Source: Macrostomum lignano
Taxonomy: Eukaryota
Length of the DNA stretch: 64,000 bases
Reading direction: 5' to 3'
Assembly (NCBI GenBank): GCA_002269645.1
Contig: NIVC01001519.1
Span: 186,001-250,000, forward strand
Positions within the stretch are counted from its first letter, which is position 1, and every line of letters begins with the position of its first letter. Below the pieces are notes generated by a model. It saw only the letters and a program-made list of their open reading frames with translations. It ran no database searches and was not told the DNA's origin. This document shows positions 10,653 to 20,917 of this stretch, in pieces. The position numbers and the translations under genes are program-made.

Positions 10653-12354
10653 CCTTCAGTTTCAGTCGCCTGTCGCATCTGAATTATTCAATATTGAGAT
10701 CGACATTTTAGCGTCTTTTTAGGGGTCAGGGAGGCCAGAGGTTGGGCAGAGCTTTGGCCTCAATAAGAAAGTTATTGTGTTTTGCATGTACATGCAATGC
10801 GGTGCGGATCGACAGGTGATAGATGTTGATGACTGTGGTGTATGTAACTGTATATGTAAAAGACGAAAATAAAAACATTTATTAGAAAGAGTGCAAGACA
10901 ATATAATTGTAAACAACAATGTATAAATTTAATGTATTTATGATTATCTTTGTATTTTTTTACAAATATAATATTATATAAAGAGAATAAGTTATAACCA
11001 GTTGGCAGAAGCTGATGAAAGGGTTCTGGTATGTACACAAATCAGAGAAACAGGCCATCATATGTACGCTTGTAAATAATTAAAGTTTTACAATTGCACA
11101 CAGGTAAACACGGCTCCCGTTTAAACCGTTGCGTGTGTGTTGTTTGTTTGTTTGTTTTAAATTGTCGCTCTGCACTCTGCACTTTGCTTATTTACAGTAG
11201 GTGTCGCGACTTTCTTAGTCATTTCTTCAGTTCACCTTCACTTGTCTCTGTTTACTCTCTCTCTCTCTCTGTCTAGTTCAGTCTGTTATTCTTCTCTCTC
11301 TTGCTGCCTTCTGATTGGCTCTCCATTCTCGCCTCTCTCTTTAGTCGCGCACTCCTCCCCTCCTTTCATCCTTTCACCCCTCCTTGCATTCAACCGCCCA
11401 GTAGTCTTATAAAAGATACCCGTTTGGGCCCCACGCCCCACTTACTGTCTGTTTTGTATTTAATCCCCGGCATGGCCCAGCCAAGAAACGAAGACAAAAA
11501 TTTTATCGAGCGGGCCATTAAATTCATTGTTTAATCATCCAGGCTATTAAATTTTTAAGCGCGAAATCAAAAGATGACGATTTATTTCTCAAATTTTACT
11601 TTCAACGCATCGCTGACACAAAAGCAAAAAGATGTTGCTTTATAACATCAACAGAACAGCAAAGTTAAACAATTTTTGGCAAATTTAAACTTTTTAGTCA
11701 AGAAAATTACAATTTTGTTGTTCACTCGATCGGTTTCAATCCTCATTTTCTTACCTCTTGGTTCATCAGCCATCTCCTGAATTGTCCAGAGCGACCCGCC
11801 AGCAGTCTGCCGAGTACCTTGAGCCTCCAGAGCAGTCTGCTGAGCACCGGGAGCTTCATTCTTGGTCATTTGATATAATCCTGAATCGGGGTTCCTGGAG
11901 CTTTTCCAGTCAAATCTGCTTGGCCACATGAGAAGATTGTGTTGAGACGCCGGCTAGTTTCAAATAGAAGTTGAAGTACTCGTCCAGCGAACTTTTCTCC
12001 ATGTTTACCTTGATGGTCACAACTTTAACTCCTGATCATTCTCAGCTAGACTCTCAACAGTCTAGCTAAAAATCCCCCCTTCGTAGTTCTACTGTTAAAT
12101 GATTTGCTTAAATACACCTACAACAGACTCCAGAGGTAGACATGCAGTGAATGACAAAAGATCTAAATATTGCATTGCCAGGATTCTGACAAACAATTGT
12201 CATAATTGTCATAATATGTCATAACAATTGTCATATTGTCATATTGTCATAACAAATGTCATAACAATAACAATAATATGTCATAACAATTGTCATAATA
12301 TTAATTTACAATTTCATAAATTAATTAAGGAAATTACAGGAGAGTTTAACAGGT

Positions 12355-12550
12355 GTGTGTACTCTGGGTTTAGAGGGATGGCTAGATGGTTAGAGGCTTG
12401 GCTAGGGTGTGTGTACTCTGGGGTTGGAGAGATAGCTAGGGCTTGGCAGGGGGTGTGTACTCTGGGGTTGGAGAGATAGCTAGGGCTTGGCAGGGGGTGT
12501 GTACTCTGGGGTTGGAGAGATAGCTAGGGCTTGGCAGGGGATGTGTACTC
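12355..12550. repeat. ~44-bp G-rich minisatellite (paralog of the 19728-20358 array)
   Basis: CTCTGGGGTTGGAGAGATAGCTAGGGCTTGGCAGGGGGTGTGTA units. Confidence 0.85.
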
Positions 12551-12849
12551 TGCTGTTAGAATAGGACGCACAGAAGTAAACTCAGCTGAAGTACAATAAA
12601 TAATCAATAAAATGTGCCGGTTACGCCCGTACAATGTTAATAAACTTGCAGCTGTACCAGTGATGCATAGCAAAAGCGGGATAAGCGGCGTTGTACATTG
12701 AACGCACATAATCTAGCGAGATAGCTAGCTAGCTAGTTGATGTGTAAATGACAACTGCAAGCTATTGCTAGCCATTCTACTCGTAACTAGTAGTCCACCA
12801 AAGAAACAGGGGCGCCCACAAGGAGACGCAATTGCTTGATGAAAACAAA

Positions 12850-13910
12850 ATCTGATAGCCACGAAACAGGCGAAAGTCGGTCGCACATTCAGCATCGCTC
12901 TGGTCAGCATGGACTTTACTTGCTGAAGGTCTACCATCGAGCCAGTCGCCAAATTGTCTGCCAGAAAAACTTCTTCGAGTCTGGTTTCTCATTCTATCGG
13001 TTCCTAGTTCAGGACGAGTAAATCATGTTCTTCTCGCTGATGGCCCACCTCAAGCGGTAAGAGTCTTATAAAGAGCCCAGCTGTGTGTTTTCTACGCACC
13101 CAATACGCGCCCAGCGGCAGTCGGATCTGTCGGTCGATCAAGACTGTGTCCTGTGGGGCGCAAGGGTCGTCGTGCCGACCGCGCTGAGTCAACATGTGAT
13201 CCAGGAGCTACACCAGGCGCATCCTGGCATCAGCAGAATGCGCGCCCTGGCTAGCAGCTACGTGTGGTGGCCCGGCCTCGACGGCGATCTGGAAGCCACG
13301 GCCAAGTCCTGCCGCACCTGTCAGCTCAACCAGCCGTGCAACCGTGGCCTCTGTCGTCCGAGCCATGGGAGCGCCTGCTCGTCGACTTCGCCGGTCCGGT
13401 CGACGGTCACACATACCTGAATAGTGGTGGTCGATGCTCATAGCCTTATATGCTGGAGGCATATAACGGATGCGCGGTGCAACGTCGGCGGCCACCATCG
13501 CAGCGCTGCGGGAGATGTTCGCACGCCAAGTCATTCCACGCACGGTGGTGTCCGACAACGGGCCGCAGTCCACCTCCGCCGAGTTCGCCGAGTTTACCCG
13601 GGCCAACGGCCGGCATTCGTCACGTGTTCTTGGCGCCGTTTCATCCCGGCACAACAGCCAGGCCAAGAGATTTGTACGAGTCCTGAAGCGACATCTGCTC
13701 AAGAGCTGCCACTCCAACGTCGAGCTTCAGCGACTGCTGCTCAGCTACCGCAACACCCCACACAGCATCAGCGACGTTGCCCAGAGTCAGCTGCTCATCG
13801 GCCGTCGGCTTCTCTGCCGCCTGGATCTCATGGCGCCCCTGCTGGCCGATGATCTTCAACGGCGGCAGGAGCGGCAGCTGCAGGGACGCAGACCGGCGCG
13901 CGAGCAAGGT
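12850..13910 (+). mobile_element. Degenerate Ty3/gypsy pol (integrase) fragment
   Basis: LSVDQDCVLWGARVVVP..LHQAHPGISRMRALA..VWWPG..CRTCQ (H2C2), PWERLLVDFAGP, VVSDNGPQ, QAKRFV (E>K). Several frameshifts. Confidence 0.88.
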
Positions 13911-13960
13911 ATCTTGAACCTAGCATGGACGAATTGTTTCAAGATGCGTATCATACAGCA

Positions 13961-14060
13961 TCTTGGCAGGCAGGAAACGGTGGATCCTGCAGTCGCCAGT
14001 TGAATGCGAGAGCATCGATCTGATCGACTCTGCAAGTCGACATCGAGCTCAGAGATATCC
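13961..14060 (+). pseudogene. Dead duplicate of JmjC exon 3
   Basis: TCTTGGCAG..GCAGGAAACGGTGGATCCTGCAGTCGCCAGTTGAATGCGAGAGC..GCAAGTCGACATCGAG..GATATC matches 1398-1506, with a ~13-bp deletion and loss of the GT donor. Followed by the related GGTTTGGGG repeat. Confidence 0.85.
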
Positions 14061-14084
14061 GGGAGTTTAAAGTGCTTTCAAACT

Positions 14085-14305
14085 GGTTTGGGGTGATTTT
14101 TGTGATGGTTTGAGGGGTTGGTGCGATGGTTTTGGGGGGTTTGTGCGATAGATTGGGGGTTGGTGTGATGGTTTGTGGGGGTTGCGATAGATTGAGGGTT
14201 GGTGTGATGGTTTGGGGGTTGGTGTGATGGTTTTGGGGGGTTTGTGCGATAGATTGAGGGTGGTGTGATGGTTTGGGGTAGGTGTGATGGTTTAAGGGGT
14301 TGGTG
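14085..14305. repeat. Diverged copy of the GGTTTGGGGGTTGGTGT minisatellite
   Basis: Direct reading. Confidence 0.85.
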
Positions 14306-15002
14306 CAGCAGTCATAACGAATATAATTGATGTATTGTTGACTTAAAAGCAAAAATGCAATCAATCAATTAGTCAGTAAAGTTTACTAACTTGCAGCTAA
14401 AACTGATAAAAAATAAATTACAAATTACTCACATAGTTTGCTTTGAGCTGTTTGGCTCGGCTGTTTTAATATGCAACTTGGTAACGCATGAAGGAAGCAC
14501 ATGCTGAGGTGAGAGTCAGAGTAATATGCAGAAATTTATGCTTAGGCAATCAGTTAGGTAAGATAATTGGTTGACAATTGCGCGGACGATCGAACAGGCA
14601 CTAAAAAGAATAGAAACTGTCAGATTTATCCACATAAACGGACAATAAGCGCATTATTTTCAGCTTTTCCTGTGTAATTTAGCGTGTGTTGTCCCCAATT
14701 GGGCCGTTTTAAGTTTGTGCGTGTTGTGTGTACGATCAATTCAGAGCGCTTCGTATAATATTTGCACGATCGATAATTTAGGCCTCTCAGTGCCCGTGGC
14801 GCACGAAGAGGTCCATTTTATTACCTTTAAATATAGCCTGGTCTCTCTCTTCCGATTTTTTACGACCGTTTAAATCTTTCACTGACCGCGTGTTTTCAAA
14901 TATAGCCTTCTTAAGTGTTAGTCATTCCGTCTTCGGTATTTGTCCCACTAGCAATTGGACAGAAACTAAGGAAGATATACAGACACTTCATGCAAGACAA
15001 TC

Positions 15003-15060
15003 AGAGAGTCAGACAGACAGACAGAGCCACAGAAAGACAGACAAACAGACAGACAGATAC

Positions 15061-15109
<49 letters not shown>

Positions 15110-15130
15110 TATACAGACAGATAAACAGAC
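15003..15130. repeat. (ACAG)n microsatellite
   Basis: Direct reading. Confidence 0.95.
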
Positions 15131-15595
15131 ACTAAGACAAATAGAGACAAGTCAGCTTCTAAACACTTCTAACAGAGACACTGAGGCAGACACTAAGAAT
15201 GCACCGAGAAAGCCAGTTTGATAAAACACTCGCAGGCATATAAGAAGGCAGGCAGGCATATATATCAATCCAGTGGTTCCGAATTCAGCTCAAGCCGGAA
15301 GCAGGCGAATCGCTCGGATTGTAGCCAAGAGCTGAGAAGCCAAAAAAGCAGTAAATTGGGAGGCAGCTGCCATAGTCAGTGGGCAAAGCATTTCGTAGAG
15401 AAAGTCGTAAAAAAGGAGGCAGGAAGCAAACAGGGCTGATAAGACTGCTTGGCATCCAACACGATTGAATACTACATCTATAAGGAAGTCAACGTGCTAC
15501 GGATTCGTGATATGTTAATCAACAGTTGGGAGAAGGAAGAGAAAAGTCGCCGAAAATTCTGATAGCAGAAATTACTTTTTCGCTATTTCCTAGAA

Positions 15596-17999
15596 ATGAC
15601 GACGTCAAACTCAGGAATAAATTGGTTTTATTCGTGTCCTCTGCTGCTGCTTCTGTCATCGGCATCTGTTGCCTTAGGAGCAACCCGAGCAGACGACTAT
15701 TTCACTTCGATCTCTCACGTCGCCAAGCTCTGCTCGTCAAGGGCTCGTCTGGCCGACGCTCTGCTCAACTATGCCGAGACTGAGTCGAGTCGACTCGAAC
15801 GGTTGCGACAATTTGCTGACACTTTGCGCTCCAATGACGGCAACGTGTCGGGAATTGAGCACCCGGTTGAGGCCTACGTCACTATCCGACAGATGAGCCG
15901 GGAGTGGAAGGCGCTGCTAGGCCAATGCGACTGTACTGAGACCTACCAGCTGGTGGCCAAGTCTGCGGGGATTCGGCCGCCAGCGGAGGACGACTACGAT
16001 GGAGCCGCCGATGCGCTGCTGCGGCTGCAGGACGTCTACAGGATCTCAGCGGCTGCCATGGCCAGGGGCCGGTTGGAAGTCAACTCTAAAAACAGATCTG
16101 GCGATGGCGAACAAACGGACAGTGGGCCTCTGATGCTCACTGGTGAGTCTTCTAGTCTGAGTAAACGCCTCATATTTATTGGGTCAAATTGAAATGGGCA
16201 AGGGGGCTGCTAATAAAAATATTGTTGACTTTGGTGACTGTTGCGACGTTGAAAAATTAGACAGATGAGAAGATGAGAAATCAATGTATAATTTACATGT
16301 ACAATTGAAGTCAATTGATGTAATTATAGAATGTAGGGGTTCCGCCTCTCGCAAAAGGGCTGCGCCTCCTTGACCCCGCAATGCTGTTTCTCTAATTTAT
16401 GGTTTCGTCTAAATATTACTTCTTATCTCATTTTTCATTGGGTTCACCGATTGCAATCAGGGTTACGGTTTTGCTGATAAGAAAGTGGGCTGATGCCATA
16501 GATTGTGAAATTGGAAAGATAAGATCGAACCAATATTAGCCTACCCAAACTCACGATCTGATGCACAAATTTCCTATATACTAAAATCTTATCTAAATGA
16601 AAGGGTCGTTCCGTTGACCCCTAAGCACACACCCGCACATGCAGTACGCGCGTACGCACTCACACTGGGTGCGCATCGGTCCAGATTCCACCCCGGTTTT
16701 CGTTGCAAAATCTCGAATCTGTACTTTATACATAGCTCTCCACGATTCCACATCAAATTAAGACTAAAAACAGAACCTCAAATTGCAGCAGAGGACGCGA
16801 TCCACCTGGCCACAAGGGCATTCAACACCAGCCTGCTCTCAATCGGCATGGACTGGGCCCGGCTGCTGCTGATGTCCGATGCATTTCCTTACTGGACGAC
16901 TCAGCGAAAGCTAAATCGGGCGCTGGATCTGCTGCAGCTGGCGGCTCAGTTGGTAAGTTGAAAAATTAATTGCTCAACTTTCGGATAAAAGGCTCATTCC
17001 GGTGACTCTTGAGAACACATACAATCACACCAATACTGTACGCAGGCACAGCACTCATACACACGCTCACATAGGGTGTACAGGGGCCCTAACTAACTTT
17101 TTAATCGTCAGGCATGTACACTCTGCGCCTTGGGGGTTGGCCCCCTCATCAGGGTGAAACCGCTGTGCATTTTAGTCCGCGACTATATCTTGCGCTGGTA
17201 GGGACGTTTTATCGGTGTTCAATATGTTGTTCAAGAATGCCAATTTGTAGTGCGAATTGAAATATTTGATGTAATTTAACCAACAAAGAAAACTAAGGAT
17301 CGACAAATGAACAACGTAAAGTAGCTAGTCTAATTGCTTAGTACTCGAATGTTAATGCACAAATATGAATTTGGAGATGTTAGTAGCTTTTTAAATGCTT
17401 ACCCCACAGGGGGGCTCGTGTGCTAGTCTTACATACTAAATTTACCTTACTAAAAGCAACTGATTTTTATCGCAACCGTCGTAGCCTTCATCTCAAGGCG
17501 GCAGCCAGATCGGCGCATTTCTCGAAAACATGTGGAACAAGACCAGCGGCAACTTGACAGGGGCAGCGGCCAAGATCTCCAGCCAGATCAAAGCCATTTC
17601 CAACGGAGAAAAGGAGACAGAAAGCTATAAGGAGATCTGCCGAGAGGGCAGCCGGACCAATAATCACAGCTCCAGCCTGACCTGCCGGCTCGCAGTTCCT
17701 CATCCGTTCTTCACTCTGGCGCCAGTCAAAGAGGAGCTGCTCAACTCCGATCCCAGGGTGACCTTCCTGTACGACATCCTCACTGACAGGGAGAGCGACC
17801 GCCTGACTGAGGTCGCTGAACCCATGCTTCAACGCGCCAGAGTCGGCGGCGGGGCTTTCACCAAGATGCGAATCAGCAAGAGCGCCTTCCTCGAGGACGA
17901 AGAGGACTGGTCGGTGGAGCGAGTCAGCCGCAGGTAAAGTGATCTATCTCTCTATCTATCTATCTACCTATCTATCTATCTATCTCTCTATCTACCTAC

Positions 18000-18084
<85 letters not shown>

Positions 18085-18591
18085 AGCTATTAGATATCAA
18101 TTATCTAATAGCTGATCAATTATCTATTATCAGCTATCAACAATAGCTGATTGTTATACAGACACAATCAGCTATTAAATATGCAATCTCAATCGTCCCA
18201 CAGGCTGGGACTGGTCACAGGGTTGAACGTGAGCGACTCGGACCCGCTGCAGCTGGGCAACTACGGCATCGGAGGCCAGTACGAGCCCCACTTGGACAGC
18301 AAAGGTGTCGGCCTGGCCAAAGGCAACAGCAGGCTAGCCACCGCGCTGCTGTACCTCAACAATGTTAAGCAGGGCGGTGGCACGGTGTTCACTCGGCTGG
18401 GTCTGCGGGTCCAACCGGTGAAGAACGGCGCCCTCTATTGGCACAATTTGCGGCGCAATTCTAGCGATATTTTCGACACTTTACATGCCGCCTGCCCGGT
18501 GCTGGAGGGCTCCAAGTGGGTGGCCAATAAGTGGATCTACTATATGGGACAGATGGCCAGCTGGCCTTGCGGACTGAGCCAGTTGGAGTGA
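15596..18591 (+). CDS. P4HA: Prolyl 4-hydroxylase alpha subunit, copy 2 (515 aa)
   Basis: Exons 15596-16142, 16789-16952, 17485-17933, 18204-18591. Exons 2-4 have the same lengths as in copy 1 (164/449/388). All catalytic motifs intact. Confidence 0.93.
17943..18085. repeat. (TATC)n microsatellite in P4H copy 2 intron 3
   Basis: Direct reading. Confidence 0.95.
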
Positions 18592-19727
18592 CCTTCAGTT
18601 GTACCCATGCGAGTTATTTTGACGTGTTTTCAGCTCGATATTAGGGTCAAGGGAGGGTAGAGGTTGGGACTGACCGAAGTGCCAGAGACAGTAGTGAATA
18701 ATTAGGAAGCTTTGGACTCAATTAAAAAGTTAATTTGCATGTACATGCAATGCGGACAGGAGATAAATATTGATATGATGACTCTGGTGTATGTAAGTGT
18801 ATATCTAAAACGCACAAAAACAACACATATTAAAAGAGTGCAAGGCAATATAATTTTAAATAACAATGGCTAAACTGAATTTATATTTGCTTACGTTGCA
18901 AGTTTTTTACAATTATAATTCCCATATAGAGTAAATTATGTTGACAGAAGCTGATGAAGGGGTGCAGTATGTACACAACACGGAGAAACAGGCCATGATA
19001 TACGCTATTAATAATTAAAGTGTTACAATTGCACACAGGTAAGCGTGGCTCCCGATTGCTGTTTCAATTGTGTCTCTGAACTCTGGTAATTAAAAGAGTT
19101 CCTTGAATAATTTAACTGAATACAAACAATACACCTACAACACAGGTAGACAGTGAATGACAAAACACCTAAATAATTAGTAACATAATTATTGCATTGC
19201 CAGGACTTTGACCAACAATTATCATAAATATTTATAATTTCATAAATTAATTAAGGAAAGTATAGGAGAGATTAAAAGACACACAGACAGAGCAGAATCG
19301 CAAACGCTGAAAAAAGAAAACAATTGTAAAAATGCAATTCTACACCAATTTTTATGTTTCTGATCAAATTAAAATACGACTGATCAACCAGCCAGTCCGA
19401 TTAAACATAGAGAGACTAACAGCAACGTTAAACAGAAAAGAATCAACAAACAGAGGCGGGCGACTGATTAAAAAACACAACAGACAAAGCAATATGCTTT
19501 CATTAGCCGTTGAAAGCAAAAAAATGGAGAAAAAATCCTGATAAAATTGCAGCGAAACCACAAAATAAACTGACAGCACAGAGCAAGAAGACAACAATGA
19601 AAGCAGAAAGAAGCAAAGCAAAAAAATCAGCTGATTGCGAATGTAGGATCCAAAATGTATTGCGCGTCGGAAAACGTCATTACAGAGAAAGAACTCTTTC
19701 TTTTATTTGATAGTTGAATAGATAGGC

Positions 19728-20358
19728 TTTGGCTGGGGTGTGTGTACTCTGGGGTTAGAGGGATAGGGCTTGGCTGGGGTGTGTGTACTCTGGGGTTAGA
19801 GGGATAGGGCTTGGCTGGCTCTGGGGTTAGAGGGATACTCTGGGGTTAGAGGGATCGGGTTTGGCTGGGGGTGTGTGTACTCTGGGGTTAGAGGGATAGG
19901 GTTTGTCTTGAGTGTGAGTACTCTGGGGTTAGAGGGATAGGGCTTGGCTGGGAGTGTACTCTGGGGTTAGAGGGATAGGGCTTGGCTGGGGTGTGTGTAC
20001 TCTGGGGTTAGAGGGATAGGGCTTGGCTACTCTGGGGTTAGAGGGATAGGGCTTGGCTGGGGTGTGTGTACTCTGGGGTTAGAGGGATAGGGCTTGGCTG
20101 GGGTGTGTGTACTCGTACTCTGGGGTTAGAAACTCTGGGGTTAGAGGGATCGCACAGATAGGGTAAAAGAGGGATAGGGCTTGGCTGGGAGTGTAAGAGG
20201 GATAGGGCTTGGCTGGGGTGTGTGTACTCTGGGGTTAGAGGGATAGGGCTAGTACTCTGGGGTTAGAGGGATAGGGCTTGGCTACTCTGGGGTTAGAGGG
20301 ATAGGGCTTGGCTAGGGGTGTGTGTACTCTGGTTAGAGGGATAGGGCACTCTGGGGTA
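19728..20358. repeat. ~41-bp G-rich minisatellite containing GGGGTTAG
   Basis: CTCTGGGGTTAGAGGGATAGGGCTTGGCTGGGGTGTGTGTA units with partial units. Confidence 0.9.
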
Positions 20359-20917
20359 GAAAAGGACGCACAATAGTAAAAATCAGTTAAGCTACATTAC
20401 CGGTACAATGGTAATAAACTTGCAGCTGTACCAGTGATGCATAGCAAAAGCGAGATAAGCGGCGGTGTACATTGAATGCGCATAATCTAGCGAGATAGCT
20501 AGCTAGTTGATGTATAAATAACAATTGCAAGCTATTGCTAACCATACTACTAATAACTAGTATATAGTAGTAAATACAAAGAATGTTAAGCGAGGAAAGC
20601 GGGTTGACTTTATTTTTATTATATAACTTAATAAGAACTCTGACTAGCATTATTAAGAAAGTTAAGATCGAAGTACGAAGTCAGTAGTATAAGTAAAATG
20701 AAGCATTAAATAAACAAATAAATAAACAAATAAGCTGAATAACGCTCCATAAAGTTTTTCAAATCAGCTGATTGTAGTAAAAAAAAATTGTTTTAACTAA
20801 ATTTACAATCCAAAAGACAACACAATATTAGCGAACACAAACAACATATATGAGTATTAATACTGTATATCATTAATCAAGTAAATCGGCGAATGATGAT
20901 TAAAAAGTACAATTTCT

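Larger units (their letters stand above)
13961..20560 (+). other. Second unit of a tandem segmental duplication (first unit ~1398-12795)
   Basis: Same order of landmarks in both units: JmjC exon 3, G-rich repeat, CATGAAG..CACATGCTG block, (ACAG)n, P4H gene, 3' flank, CTCTGGGGTT array, GCAGCTGTACCAGTGATGCATAGC block. Confidence 0.85.

Noticed and set aside
11192-12098. CAGTAG...CTACTG as Tc1/mariner ends of the unit-1-specific block
   Set aside because: Only a 6-bp match and no clean TA duplication on the right.
17125-17155. Minus-strand CTGATGA-GGGGG-CCAA-CCCCC hairpin
   Set aside because: Followed by AAGG rather than GAAA, no stems I/III, and not conserved in copy 1.
19728-20358. Interstitial telomere
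   Set aside because: No tandem (TTAGGG)n; the motif is embedded once per 41-bp unit.
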